Part shown: one piece after another, positions 1 through 11,074 of the stretch
How the letters are laid out: the number at the start of each line of letters is the position of its first letter
Numbering within the stretch: the stretch's first letter is position 1
Assembly: GCA_963747235.1 (NCBI GenBank)
Contig: CAVVEU010000029.1
Location: 198,328 to 262,327 of the forward strand
Direction: 5' to 3'
DNA length: 64,000 nucleotides
Source: an uncultured Candidatus Rokubacteria bacterium
Lineage (GTDB): Bacteria; Methylomirabilota; Methylomirabilia; Rokubacteriales; CSP1-6
Made by a program: the position numbers and the translations under genes
The notes under the pieces: generated by a model
The model's database searches: none
The model's input: the letters and a program-made list of their open reading frames with translations, nothing else
What the model was told of the DNA's origin: nothing

Positions 1-641
1 CTCGCCGTCTTCCGCGGCCGCTGGGACCTGGTCCAGGTGCTGCGCACGAACCGCCCCGAGCACAAGGCGCTCGAGGGCCGGAGCCTCGCGGATCTCGCGC
101 GGGACACCGGCAAGCATCCGGTGGACGCCTGGCTCGATCTGGTCGACCGCCGACGGCCTCGACGTGGAGTTCCTGGCCGGCCTGCTCAACACCGACGAGA
201 AGGTGGTCGGCGATCTGATCGTCCACCCGCTCACCCTGATCACGCTCTCCGACGCGGGCGCGCATCTCTCCCTGATGTGCGACGCGGGCTACTCCAGCAC
301 GCTGCTCGGCAAGTGGGTGCGCGACTCTCAAGCGCCTGCCGCTCGAGACGGCGGTCAAGCGCCTCACCGATGACCCGGCGCGCGCCTACCGCATCCCGCA
401 GCGCGGCCGGCTCGAGCCCGGCTACTGGGCCGACGTGGCGATCTTCGACCCGGCCACGGTGGACGCCCTGCCCGCCGAGTGGGTGACCGACCTGCCCGCC
501 GACGAGCCCCGCTTCGTCTCCCGCGCGCGCGGCGTCGAGTGGAGCCTGGTCAACGGACAGCCCGTGCTCGAGCGCGGCCGCGTGGTGGAGCGGCCGGCCG
601 GCAAGCGTCCGGGCCAGGTGCTGCGCCGCTTCGACGCGTAG
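1..641 (+). CDS. N-acyl-D-amino-acid deacylase family amidohydrolase, C-terminal part (5' partial, frameshifted)
   Basis: Pieces in 3 frames: 'LSDAGAHLSLMCDAGY', 'DVAIFDPATV', 'DLPADEPRFVSRARGVEWSLVNG'; paralogous to 37496..39169. Confidence 0.85.
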
Positions 642-657
642 CCCGCACTCCCACGGA

Positions 658-746
658 CCCCCTCACCCTGCCCTCTCCCCCTCGATGGGGGAGAGGGATC
701 AAGAACAACTCCCTCTCCCTCCTGAGGGAGAGGGCCGGGGTGAGGG
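658..746. repeat. Pair of inverted REP-like palindromic units (CCCTCACCC..CCCTCTCCC-loop-GGGAGAGGG)
   Basis: Unit 658-698 and oppositely oriented unit 710-746 between convergent genes; third copy at 5728-5762. Confidence 0.8.
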
Positions 747-1968
747 TGTCTCCTCGAAGCGGCCGAGCTGCGCAGCTCCGGGAAGAGGAGCATCCACAGC
801 CCGGCCACCGCGATCGTGCCGACGCCGCCCAGCAGCACCGCGGGCACGGTGCCCAGCAGGGCCGCGGCCACGCCGGACTCGAAGGCGCCGAGCTGGTTCG
901 AGGTGCCGGTGAAGAGCGAGTGCACCGCGCTCACCCGCCCGCGCATCGCGTCCGGCGTGCGGATCTGGGCGAGCGACATGCGGATGACCATGCTCACCAC
1001 GTCGGCCGCGCCCAGCACGGTGAGCGCGATCAGCGAGAGCGTGAAGCTGGTCGAGACGCCGAAGACCACGGTGGCCGCCCCGAAGACGATCACCGAGCGG
1101 AACAGGGTCGGCCCCAGGCGGTGCTCCAGCGGGTGGCGCGCCAGGAACACGGAGGTGGCCAGCGCGCCCACCGCGGGCGCGGAACGCAGCACCCCGAGCC
1201 CGACCGGTCCCACGCCCAGAATATCCTTCGCGAAGACGGGCAGGAGCGCGGTGGCGCCGCCCAGCAGCACCGCGAAGAGATCGAGCGACATGGAGCCCAG
1301 CAGGACCCGCCGGCTGTAGATGAACGCGACGCCCGAGAACACGGTCTCGAGCGTGAGGGGCTCGCGCGGGCGCGCCACGCGCTCGACCCGGATCGCGGCC
1401 GCGAGCGCGCCGGCCAGGATGAAGAGGCCGGCGGCCGTGAAGTAGGCCGCGCCGGGGCCGAACACGTAGAGCAGCCCGCCCAGGGCGGGCCCGACGATCT
1501 GGGCGGTCTGCCCCGCCGAGATCACCCACGCCATCGCGGGCGCGATGAGCGAGCGCGCCACCACCTCGGGCACCAGCGCGCTCATCGCCGGGTTCTCGAA
1601 GGCCTGCGCCGCGCCCAGCAGGGCCACCAGCGCGAAGATGCTGGGCCGGCTCTGCCAGCCGCCGAGGGCGCCCAGGGCCAGCGCGGCGGCGGCCGCCGCC
1701 TTCACGACCTCGCACACGACCACGATCAGGCGCCGGTCGCAGCGATCGGCCACCTGGCCGACGACGAGCGTGAGCAGGATCATCGGCAGGAACTGCGCGA
1801 GCCCGACCAGCCCCAGGTCGAGCGCGCTCCCGGTCAGCTCGTAGAGCTGCCAGCCCACCGCGACCCCCAGCATCTGGAAGCCGACGGTGGCCAGGACCCG
1901 GGACGACGACAGCAGCGCGAACGGCGGGTGGAGCAGCAGCCGCTGCGGGTCCGGAATCGCGCGCGCCT
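699..1968 (-). CDS. MFS transporter (MFS_3/EntS-like); start codon unclear, frameshift near 3' end
   Basis: C-terminal half of ORF 422..3229: ~12 hydrophobic segments, 'GQVADRCDRR' motif A, 'PDAMRGRV'. Confidence 0.85.
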
Positions 1969-3229
1969 CTACCGGTTGGCCCGCGCGAGGACGGCGTCCA
2001 GCAGGACGTTCACTCCCGGTGAGGTGTAGTCGAGCTCGGCGTGCTCGGCCTCGTTGTGCGAGATGCCGTCGCGGCACGGGGTGAAGATCATCGCGGTGGG
2101 CGCGATCCGCGAGATGTAGTACGCGTCGTGGCCGGCCTGGCTCAGGATGTCCCGGTGGGCGACCCCCCGCTCCCGGGCCGCATCGCGGATCAGCCGGATG
2201 CAGCCGGGATCGAAGCGCTCGCTGCCGAAGTGCCACTCCCCCGCGACGGCCATCTCCACGTTGGCCCGCCGCGCGCACTCGGGCATCGCCGCCTTCACCT
2301 CCGCCCACATCTGATCGGCCACCGCGCGCTCGGCGTGGCGCACGTCGCAGGTGACCTGCGCGTACTCGGCGAGGATGCCCGCCTTGTTGGGCCAGGCCAC
2401 CAGGCGGGCCACCGTGGCCTTGCCCTCGGTGGCGTGGTACTTCCAGCCGATCTCGTTGACCGCGACCGCCAGCATCGCCGCGCCCACCAGGGCGTTGCGC
2501 CGCCGGTCCATCGGGGTCGGCCCCGAATGCGCGGTCTCGCCGTGCACGTCCACGTGCATCCCGTGCGCCGCGTAGCCGCCGACCACGATCCCCACCGGCA
2601 CCGCCTCGCGATCGAGGATCGGCCCCTGCTCGATGTGCAGCTCGAAGTAGGCGTCGATGGAGCGGCCGCCCACCGCGGCCTTGCCGTTGTAGCCGATGCG
2701 CTCGAGCTCGCCGCCGAACTGCTTGCCGTCGTCGTCGCGCAGGGCGAGCACCCAGTCCACGTCGAAGACGCCCGCGAAGGCGCCCGAGGCCACCATCGGC
2801 GGCGTGAAGCGCGCGCCCTCCTCGTTGGTCCAGCACACCAGCTCGAGCGGGCGCCGGGTGCGCACGCGCCGGTCGTCCAGCGTGCGCAGCACCTCGAGGC
2901 CGGCCAGCACGCCCGACGATGCCGTCGTACTTGCCGCCCGCGAACTGGGTGTCGAGGTGGCTGCCCATCAGCACCGGCGGCAGGTGGTCGTCCGTGCCGG
3001 GGCGCCGCGCGAAGATGTTGCCGACGCGGTCCACCGCCACCGTGCAGCCCGCCTCGGTGCACCAGGTGATGAAGAGATCGCGCATCTCCTTGTCCGCGTC
3101 GGTGAGGGCCAGGCGGCGGAGGCCGCCCGACTTGCCGGGGCCGATCTCGCCGGAGCGCATGACGGTGGACCAGAAGCGCGGCGCGTCGATCGTGATGACA
3201 TCGGATTCGGACATGGGGGATGCGGACAT
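1969..3229 (-). CDS. M20 Zn-dependent hydrolase (allantoate amidohydrolase / N-carbamoyl-L-amino-acid hydrolase family), frameshift ~2915
   Basis: 'GSHLDTQ..GGKYDG', 'WTNEEGARF', 'ELHIEQGP', 'AGHDA', 'GISHNEAE'. Confidence 0.9.
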
Positions 3230-3278
3230 GAGGTGCGCCCTCCCGGCGCGCTCCGGTCTTACCGCGCCGCGGGAGAGC

Positions 3279-3318
3279 CTGTCAACCGCCTTGACAGCCG
3301 CCGATGATCGGCCAATAT
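3279..3318. promoter_or_regulatory. Back-to-back sigma70 -35 boxes of divergent promoters
   Basis: CTGTCAA-N5-TTGACAG inverted repeat (3279-3297); candidate -10s CAATAT (+) and TAAGAC (-). Confidence 0.5.
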
Positions 3319-3327
3319 GTGACGACG

Positions 3328-4569
3328 ATGGCCGACGCGGTGTCCGCCGAGCTCAGAGCCAAGGTCCTCGCCCGGATCGACGACGACGAGGTGGTGCGCC
3401 TCGCCCGCGAGCTGATCCGGATCCCGTCGTTCACCACCGAGGAGACCCCGCTCGCGGAGTGGCTCGCCAACTACCTCGGCGAGCAGGGGCTCCCGGTGAC
3501 GCTCCAGGAGATCGAGCCCGGCCGCAAGCAGACCATCGCGCGCCTGCGCGGGAGCGGCGGCGGCCGGTCCATCATGCTCAACGGCCACATCGACATCGAT
3601 CCGCTCGCCTCCGGCTGGACGCGCGACCCCTTCGATCCGTGGATCGCCGACGGCAAGCTCTTCGGCCACGGCGTCTACAACATGAAGGCCGGGGTCACCG
3701 CCTGCATCATGGCCACGCTCGCGCTGCAGCGCGCGGGGGTGGCGATCCGCGGCGACGTGGTGCTGGCCTGCGTGGCCGCCGAGCTGAACAGCGGCATCGG
3801 GACCATCCACGCGCTCGAGCATGGTCAAAAGACGGACATGGCGGTGGTGGCCGAGCCCTACGGGGCGCGAACCATCCTGACCAAGCACACCGGGACCATG
3901 GACGTGGTGATCCACACCCTGGGCCGCGCCACCCACATCAGCAAGAAGGAGCACGGGGTGGACGCGATCGCGATGATGATGCGGGCGGTGGCCGCGCTCG
4001 ACGCGATGCGCTTCACCCACACCCACGACCCGGACCTGCCCGGGCTGCCGCGGCTCAACGTGGGCTCGATCATCGGCGGACGGGGCCGCGACCACAACCT
4101 GCGCGGCGCCTACACGGTGAGCGATTTCTGCACCGCCTACGTCAACGTGCGCTTCAACGGAAGCCAGACCGGGCAGACGGTGGTGGCCGACATCCGGCAC
4201 ACCCTCGACGCCCTGGCCGCCGCCGATCCGAGATTCGAGTTCGAGATCGAGTTCCCGCCCCGGCTCGAGCGCGGGCTCGGCCGGCTCGCCAAGGCCGCGG
4301 TGGACGTGCCGAAGACGGAACCGGTGGTGCAGATGGTCCGGCGCAATCTCCTCCTGATGACCGGGGCCGAGCCCGAGCATTTCGGGGTCCGGCTGCCCCA
4401 GAGCTACGCGGGCAACGACACCACCCACCTCTGGGCCGCCGGCATCCCCTGCTGCCTCTACGGCCCGGGCGGCGGCTATACCGACTATCACGACGTGCAC
4501 GTGGACCTGGAGGATCTCTTCCTGTGCACGCGCGTGCTGGCCCTCACCGCGCTCGAAGCGACGCACTGA
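3328..4569 (+). CDS. M20 family ArgE/DapE-like deacylase with variant metal motifs
   Basis: 'LNGHIDID', 'GHGVYNMKAG', 'AEP', 'GRATH', 'YGPG'. Confidence 0.85.
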   Translation: MADAVSAELRAKVLARIDDDEVVRLARELIRIPSFTTEETPLAEWLANYLGEQGLPVTLQEIEPGRKQTIARLRGSGGGRSIMLNGHIDIDPLASGWTRDPFDPWIADGKLFGHGVYNMKAGVTACIMATLALQRAGVAIRGDVVLACVAAELNSGIGTIHALEHGQKTDMAVVAEPYGARTILTKHTGTMDVVIHTLGRATHISKKEHGVDAIAMMMRAVAALDAMRFTHTHDPDLPGLPRLNVGSIIGGRGRDHNLRGAYTVSDFCTAYVNVRFNGSQTGQTVVADIRHTLDALAAADPRFEFEIEFPPRLERGLGRLAKAAVDVPKTEPVVQMVRRNLLLMTGAEPEHFGVRLPQSYAGNDTTHLWAAGIPCCLYGPGGGYTDYHDVHVDLEDLFLCTRVLALTALEATH

Positions 4570-4582
4570 CGGGCGGGCCGCC

Positions 4583-5719
4583 GTGCACTACGTCGATCCC
4601 TCGACCGGCCAGACGTATCCGCTGAGCGAGGCGCGGTGGCGGGCCGACAACGGCCACTACCTGAACCTCGCGCCGGGTCCCGGGCTCAAGCCGCGCGACA
4701 TCGACACCACGCGCCATTCGGTCTGGCGCTACGCGCGCGCGCTCCTGGTCGGCGCCGAGCACGCGGTGAGCCTGGGCGAGGGCTGGACGCCGCTGCTCGC
4801 GGGGACATGGCACGGCGCGCCCGTCCACTACAAGCTCGAGTTCATGATGCCGACCGGCTCCTTCAAGGACCGCGGCATGACCGTGATGGTGAGCTATCTC
4901 AAGAGCCGCGGCGTGACCCACGTGCTGGAGGACTCCTCGGGCAACGCGGGGGCGTCGCTCTCGGCCTACGCGGCGGCGGCGGGCCTCACCTGCCGCATCC
5001 TGGTGCCGGAGACCGCGTCCTATCCCAAGATCGTCCAGATCGCGGCCTGCGGCGCCGACGTGGTGACGATCAAGGGCTCGCGCCAGGACGTGGCGGAGGC
5101 GGCCCTCCGCCAGAGCGCCGAGATCTTCTACGCGAGCCACAACTGGCAGCCTTTCTTCGTGGAGGGCACCAAGACCCTCGCCTACGAGCTGTGGGAGCAG
5201 GCGGGCTTCCGGGCTCCCGACAACGTGGTGGTGCCGCTCGGCTACGGCAGCAACGTGCTGGGCGCCGAGCGCGGCTTCGACGAGCTGCTCCGCGCGGGCG
5301 AGATCGCGCGCCGCCCGCGGCTCTTCGGCGTGCAGGCCGCGCGCTGCGCGCCCTACGCGGCCGCGTTCCGCGCGGGCGTCGAGCACCTGGTGGCCTCCGA
5401 GATCGCGCCCACCGTCGCGGAAGGGATCGCCACCGCGAAGCCGACCCGCGTGGCCGACGTGCTGCGCGCGGTGCGAGACACCGGCGGCTCCATCGTCGCG
5501 GTCGAGGAGGCCGAGATCGTCCACGCCCTGCGCGACCTCGCCCGGCTCGGCCTCTACGTCGAGCCCACCTCCGCGGTGGCCGCGGCCGGCCTGAGCCGCC
5601 TGCTCACCGCCGGCGTCATCCGCCCGCAGGAGTACACGGTCCTGGTGCTCACCGGCTCCGGGCTCAAGGCCTCCGCCACCATCGGCGAGCTCCTCAAGCT
5701 CCACGCCCGCCCCGAGTAA
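4583..5719 (+). CDS. thrC: Threonine synthase-like PLP enzyme (fold type II)
   Basis: 'SLGEGWTPL', 'PTGSFKDRG', 'DSSGNAG', 'EPTSA', 'LTGSGLK'. Confidence 0.8.
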   Translation: MHYVDPSTGQTYPLSEARWRADNGHYLNLAPGPGLKPRDIDTTRHSVWRYARALLVGAEHAVSLGEGWTPLLAGTWHGAPVHYKLEFMMPTGSFKDRGMTVMVSYLKSRGVTHVLEDSSGNAGASLSAYAAAAGLTCRILVPETASYPKIVQIAACGADVVTIKGSRQDVAEAALRQSAEIFYASHNWQPFFVEGTKTLAYELWEQAGFRAPDNVVVPLGYGSNVLGAERGFDELLRAGEIARRPRLFGVQAARCAPYAAAFRAGVEHLVASEIAPTVAEGIATAKPTRVADVLRAVRDTGGSIVAVEEAEIVHALRDLARLGLYVEPTSAVAAAGLSRLLTAGVIRPQEYTVLVLTGSGLKASATIGELLKLHARPE

Positions 5720-5727
5720 CCTCTATA

Positions 5728-5762
5728 CCCTCTCCCCTGAGGGGAGAGGGCAGGGTGAGGGG
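5728..5762. repeat. REP-like palindromic unit
   Basis: CCCTCTCCCC-TGA-GGGGAGAGGG-CAGGGTGAGGGG just after a stop codon; same family as 658-746. Confidence 0.75.
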
Positions 5763-5810
5763 TCTCGGGTCGGTTGACTTCGCCGCGCGTTTCGTGAAAG
5801 GGTGGGCGCC

Positions 5811-7394
5811 ATGCCGGCCCGGAGCGGAGCCGAATACATCGAGTCGCTCAGGAAGCAGCCGCCCCGCGTCTTCCTGGGCGGCCGACGCATCGCCGACGTC
5901 ACCGCCGAGCCGGTCTTCCAGGAGCCGATCCGCGCCATCGCCGAGCAGTACGACATGCAGGGGGACCCGGCCTACCGCGACGTGATGACCTACCCGTCGC
6001 CCACCACCGGCCAGCCGGTGTCCACGTCGTTCCTGGTGCCCTTCACGCGCGAAGACCTGGTGAAGAAGCGCAAGCACTTCAAGCTGCGCGCGGATCACAA
6101 CTTCGGGTTCATGGGGCGCTCGCCCGACTTCATGAACCAGTTCGTCACCGGCTGGCACCTGATGGCCGACCGCTTCGCCCGCGCGGGCGCGCGCTTCGGC
6201 CTGAACGCCACGCGCTACTACGAGTACGTGCGGGAGCGCGATCTCTTCCTCACCCACATGCTGATCAACCCGCAGATCGATCGCAGCAAGACCTCGGCCC
6301 AGCAGGAGGACCCCTACTTCCACCTGGGCCGGGTGCGCGAGACCCCGGACGGCATCATCGTGCGCGGGGCCAAGATGCTGGGCACCATGGCGCCGATCAC
6401 CGAGGAGGTCGCGGTGATCCCGTTCGGCGGCGTGGCCCCGGGCGACGACGCCTACGCGCTCGCCTTCGGCATCCCGTCCTCCACGCCCGGCCTCACGTTC
6501 ATCTGCCGCGAGACGGTGTCGCCGCTGCCGCGCTCGCGCTTCGACCACCCGCTCTCGAGCCGCTTCGAGGAGATGGACTGCATCGCGGTGTTCGAGGACG
6601 TGCTGGTGCCGTGGGACCGGGTGATGGTGGACGGCAGCCCGGGCAGCGCCGAGGTCATCAACACCCTGGGCGCCGACTACGGCGCGCTGCTCAACGTGCA
6701 GACGCGCGCGCGCATGCTGAGCCAGCTCGAGTTCTTCTGCGGGCTCGGCATGAAGGTGGCCGACGCCATCGGCATCACCGGCTTCCTGCACATCCAGGAG
6801 AAGCTCGGCGAGATGCTGAGCCAGATGGAGATCGCGCGCGCCGTCTTCTACGGCGCCGAGGCGATGGCCCAGAAGCTGCCGAGCGGGGTGTGGGTGCCGG
6901 GCGGGCACGGGCTCCGCGCCTTTCATCTGCAGACCGGCAAGGTCTACAGCCGCTTCGTGGAGATCATCCAGACCCTGGCCGCGGGCGGCTTCTTCTACGC
7001 CCCGAGCGAGGCGGACCTGGCGAGCCCCGAGCTGCGGCCCCTCATCGACCGCTACGTGCGCGGCCGCGCCGGGGTCTCCGCCGAGGAGCGCATCGCGCTC
7101 TTCAAGCTCGCGTGGGACGCGACCGGCGAGGCCTTCGCCCAGCGCATGGCGCAGTACGTGCGCTTCTACTCGGGCGACCCGATCCGGCTCACCGCCGGCT
7201 TCTACACCCAGTACGACAAGGGGCCGCTCCTCGAGCTGGTCGAGCGCGCGCTCGGCCACCGCGACGGCGTGCCGCTGCCGATCACGCCCGACGACCCCGG
7301 CGCGCCCATTCCGTACCAGCCGGGCACGCGCGGCATGGCCGGGACGTACGCGGCCACGTCCCTGCCGGCGTCGGCGCCGAAGCGCGCCGGCTAG
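5811..7394 (+). CDS. hpaB: 4-hydroxyphenylacetate 3-monooxygenase oxygenase component family
   Basis: 'MGRSPDFMN', 'HMLINPQIDRS', 'GIIVRGAKMLGT', 'HPLSSRFEEMD', 'LFKLAWD'. Confidence 0.85.
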   Translation: MPARSGAEYIESLRKQPPRVFLGGRRIADVTAEPVFQEPIRAIAEQYDMQGDPAYRDVMTYPSPTTGQPVSTSFLVPFTREDLVKKRKHFKLRADHNFGFMGRSPDFMNQFVTGWHLMADRFARAGARFGLNATRYYEYVRERDLFLTHMLINPQIDRSKTSAQQEDPYFHLGRVRETPDGIIVRGAKMLGTMAPITEEVAVIPFGGVAPGDDAYALAFGIPSSTPGLTFICRETVSPLPRSRFDHPLSSRFEEMDCIAVFEDVLVPWDRVMVDGSPGSAEVINTLGADYGALLNVQTRARMLSQLEFFCGLGMKVADAIGITGFLHIQEKLGEMLSQMEIARAVFYGAEAMAQKLPSGVWVPGGHGLRAFHLQTGKVYSRFVEIIQTLAAGGFFYAPSEADLASPELRPLIDRYVRGRAGVSAEERIALFKLAWDATGEAFAQRMAQYVRFYSGDPIRLTAGFYTQYDKGPLLELVERALGHRDGVPLPITPDDPGAPIPYQPGTRGMAGTYAATSLPASAPKRAG

Positions 7395-7431
7395 TACGGA
7401 GATCCTGGGACCCAGTAAGCACACACTAATG

Positions 7432-7461
7432 TTGACTGGGGTTTACGACAGCCCATAGCCT
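7432..7461 (+). promoter_or_regulatory. sigma70 promoter, probably leaderless transcript
   Basis: TTGACT-18-TAGCCT, 6 nt before GTG 7468, no SD. Confidence 0.55.
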
Positions 7462-7467
7462 CAGGAC

Positions 7468-8689
7468 GTGCATTCTCGCTCCGAGCAGGTGATGCTGACC
7501 CTGGCCGGTCTCGCCTACCGTGGCTTCCACGACCTCCTCCGCGGCCCCGCCCACGCCGACGTGGTGCGCCGGGCGCTGCTGGACGGCCTGCACACCCTGC
7601 CGCCGGTCAAGGACGAGTGGAGCCTGGTCTGGGGTCCGGTCACGAGCCGGAGCGGACCGGACGCGTTCGACTCGGCGGCGATGTACGTGGTCCAGAACCG
7701 CCGGGAGCCGGCGCGCTACGTGGTGGCGATCCGGGGAACGAATCCGGTCGCGGCCTCCGACTGGCTCTTCGGCGACTTCTGGGTGAGCACGACGGTGCCG
7801 TGGCCGTACGCGCGCGCCGCCGACCGGGTCGCGGTGTCGGCGAGCACCGCGCTCGGCCTGAGCAAGCTACAGACGATGCGGGCGCCCCGGCTCTCCGCGG
7901 ACGCGATGGCGGACGCCACGGGTGGCGGCAACGGCGGCCGGCCCGCGATGACCCGCGAGGCGCTGGCGAGCCAGCTCGCCGGGCATCTCCGCCGGCTGGA
8001 GCCGGTTCGTCGAGGAGCCATCCGCCTGGCTCGAGGATCACGTGATGGACCGCCTCAAGACCGCGGTGAACCTGCCCTGGATGGATCTGCGGCCGCGCTC
8101 CCTCGCCCCGGCTCCGGAAGAAGGCGTGCTGGATCTGCTGAGCTTCCTCGCGGAAGAGGCCCGCGCCGCCGGCGCGCCGCTGGACGTCGCGGTCACCGGC
8201 CACAGCAAGGGGGGCGCGCTGGCGACGGCGGTCGCGCTCTGGCTCAAGGACGCGCTGGCGTCCCCGGACGTCGGGGAGCAATGGGACGGCCGGCGGGGCG
8301 CCCGCGTGTCCTGCCATGCGTTCGCGGCGCCGACGCCGGGCAACGCGGCGTTCGCGGACCGGATCGATCGCGTGCTGGCGAGCGACCACCATCACCTGCG
8401 CAACCGGCACGACATCGTCACGCACGCCTGGCAGGTGGACGAGCTGGAACGGATCCCGGATCTCTACGCGCCGCGCCGCACGGTGCTCGAGCCGCTGATC
8501 CGGGTGATCGCCTCGCGGGTGCGGGGGCTGGACTACCAGCAGGCCCGCGCGGGGGTGACCACGTTCGCGGGGGCCCTCGACGCGGAGCGCGGCTTCGAGA
8601 TGGAGTTCATCCACCAGCACCTCGAGGCCTACCTCGTCGAGCTCGACCTGCTCGACGAGCGCCTGAACGTCCTGACGCTGTTCTTCTGA
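7468..8689 (+). CDS. Lipase class 3 family alpha/beta hydrolase, frameshift ~8000-8040
   Basis: 'VVAIRGT', 'VTGHSKGG' nucleophile elbow, 'FAAPTPGN', 'NRHDIV', C-terminal 'HQH'. Confidence 0.8.
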
Positions 8690-8702
8690 GGCGGGCGGCT
8701 TC

Positions 8703-9440
8703 TTACAGGTAGCGCGTCGGCCAGTTGATGGTGCGCCACATGTGCGCCGACGGGCTCTGATCGAAGCCGAGCCCTTCCTTCGGCTGGCGGAAGTGACGCC
8801 CCACCACGTCCGTGAACTCCTCGAGCTGCACCTGCACGGTGGGATCGAAGGCGTACAGATCGTTCACCGTGATGAGCCGCGAGGTCATGTACCACTTGTG
8901 GTTCCGCGCGTAGCGATGGGCTTCCTGGATGTGCGGCTCGGGCACGTAGTCGGCCCCGAAGAGCTTCGTGTAGAGCTCGGGATAGCGATAGCCCACCGAC
9001 TCGTCGGGGAAGAACCGCAGCGCCTGGTGGTAGCGGATGCCCCAGGCCACCTCCTCGTCCACGTACGGCTCGAGGAGCTGGGCGCTCCAGTAGCCGTGGT
9101 CGCTCCGGATGAAGCCGGCGATCGCGATGTCGTGCAGCAGGCAGGCCAGGACGATCTTCTCGCTCACCCCGTTCTTCATGGCGAGCCGCGCGCTCTGCAG
9201 CAGATGCGCGGAGGGTCCGAAGCGCAGCCGGAAGAAGTCGAACAGGGTCGGCTTGTCGGGCATCTTCGGGAGGCGCGCGTCGTGGCCCATCATGTAGAGC
9301 CGGCCGTCGTCCGGCGGCCGCGACACCGGCTGGCGGGGATCCCGCTCGCCCGAGGTGTAGAGCACCGACTTCACCACGACCCGGTCGAGCTCCTGGCTCA
9401 ACGCGTGCTCGGCAGCCTCGGCCCGCTGTAGCGTCGTCAT
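8703..9440 (-). CDS. HD-domain metal-dependent phosphohydrolase
   Basis: 'HLLQSA', 'LLHDIA', 'DHGYW'; SD GGAGG before MTTLQ. Confidence 0.75.
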   Translation of the reverse strand: MTTLQRAEAAEHALSQELDRVVVKSVLYTSGERDPRQPVSRPPDDGRLYMMGHDARLPKMPDKPTLFDFFRLRFGPSAHLLQSARLAMKNGVSEKIVLACLLHDIAIAGFIRSDHGYWSAQLLEPYVDEEVAWGIRYHQALRFFPDESVGYRYPELYTKLFGADYVPEPHIQEAHRYARNHKWYMTSRLITVNDLYAFDPTVQVQLEEFTDVVGRHFRQPKEGLGFDQSPSAHMWRTINWPTRYL

Positions 9441-9548
9441 CCTGGCGTCCCTCCCTGGGGCAGTCTTGTCTCTGATGATCGGCCCCGTCAGCACCTACTG
9501 TCAAGTTCGCCGCGAATGCCCTAGACTCGGTCGGCAAGGAGAGTGCCC

Positions 9549-9979
9549 ATGCGCCCACGCATCATTCGAGGCGATCGTCGTGATCGGCCTGCTCGCCACC
9601 GCCGCGCCGCACGCGCCGGCCCAGACCACGTCCAAGGACGTCGGCGCAGAAGGCGTCGGAGACGGGCCAGGCGATCCGGGACTACTCGGTGGAGAAGAAG
9701 GACGAGGCGGTCGCCCACGCCAAGAAGATCACCGCGGACCTCGAGGCCAAGATCAAGGACCTCGAGGCGCAGGCCGCCAAGCAGACCGGCGAGGTGAAGG
9801 CCAAGTCGCAGGCGCAGATCAAGGAGCTCAAGGCCAAGCGGGCGAAGGCGTCCCGGAAGGCGAGCGAGCTCGGACGCGCCACCAAGGCGTCCTGGGAGAA
9901 GGCCAAGGAAGGCTTCGCCGACGCCTACCGCGACCTGGCCTCGGCCTACGACCGCGCCGCCGCCGAGTGGAAGAAATGA
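9549..9979 (+). CDS. Secreted Ala/Lys-rich coiled-coil protein (frameshifted N-terminus)
   Basis: Signal-like 'IVVIGLLATAAPHAPAQ' then helical 'EKKDEAVAHAKK...SWEKAKEGFADAY'. Confidence 0.65.
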
Positions 9980-9983
9980 GCGC

Positions 9984-11062
9984 ATGAAGCTTCGAGCCCT
10001 CCGCGCCCGCCCCGTGCTGCCCCCGTTCCGCCGGCCCCCGGTGAGCGCCAGCGGCGCCCTCCCGAAGGCGGCGCTCGTGCTCTTCGATCTGGAGACCGAC
10101 GGCGGCATCACCGGGCGCTCCTACGTCTTCGGCTTCGCCCCGTGGACGCTCGCCTCCATCGTCGGGCTGCGCGCAGGGCCTGTTCGAGATGATCAAGGGC
10201 GACGAGCTGGCGCCTCTCGATCTCGAGGCCAAGCTGCGGCGCCAGCTCACCCTGCTCGACCCGAACGGCCTGGTCGGGCTGGCCCTGGCGGGCCTCGACA
10301 TGGCGGCCTGGGACGCGCTCGGCCCAGGCGCGCGGGGTGCCGCTGGTCACGCTGCTGGGCGGCGCGCCGCGGGCCATTCGCGCGTACAACAGCACCGGGC
10401 TCTGGATCCAGCCGGTGGAGACGCTCGCCGACGAGGCGGAGGCGCTCCTCGGCGAGGGCTTCGGCGCGATCAAGCTCCGGGTGGGCCGCGACGACTTCGC
10501 CCAGGACCTGGCCGCGGTGCGCGCGGTGAAGAAGCGGATCGGCGACGGGCCCACGCTGATGTGCGACTTCAACCAGCGCCTGACCGTGAACGAGGGCCTC
10601 CGGCGCGCCCGCGCGCTCGACGGCGAGGGGCTCTACTGGATCGAGGAGCCGCTCCGCCACGACGACTACGAGGGCTACGCCCGCATCGCGGCCGAGGTGG
10701 CCACCCCGATCCAGACCGGCGAGAACCTGGTGGACACCTTCGAGATGGCGCGGGCCATCGCGCTGCGCTCGCTCGACTTCGTGATGCCCGACGTGCAGCG
10801 CATCGGCGGGGTCAGCGGCTGGCTGCGCGCGGCCGCCCTCGCCCACGCCCACGGCATCGACATGTCGAGCCATCTCTTCCCCGAGTTCAGCGTGCACCTG
10901 CTCGGGGTGACGCCCACCTGTCACTGGCTCGAGTACATGGACTGGGCCGCGCCCCTGCTGCAGGAGCCGCTGCGGGTGAAGAACGGGGTCGCCCAGATCC
11001 CGGACCGGCCCGGCGCCGGCATCGTCTGGGACGAGGACGCGGTCAAGCGCTACGCGGTCTGA
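9984..11062 (+). CDS. Mandelate racemase/muconate lactonizing enzyme family (enolase superfamily), 2 frameshifts
   Basis: 'LDMAAWDA', 'KLRVG', 'CDFNQ', 'WIEEP', 'TGEN', 'SSHLFPE', 'WLEY'. Confidence 0.88.
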
Positions 11063-11074
11063 GGGCCGACGCCC

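Noticed and set aside
422-3229. Apparent 935-aa amidohydrolase-MFS fusion
   Set aside because: Artefact of a frameshift at ~2915; the hydrolase ends at 1969 in another frame
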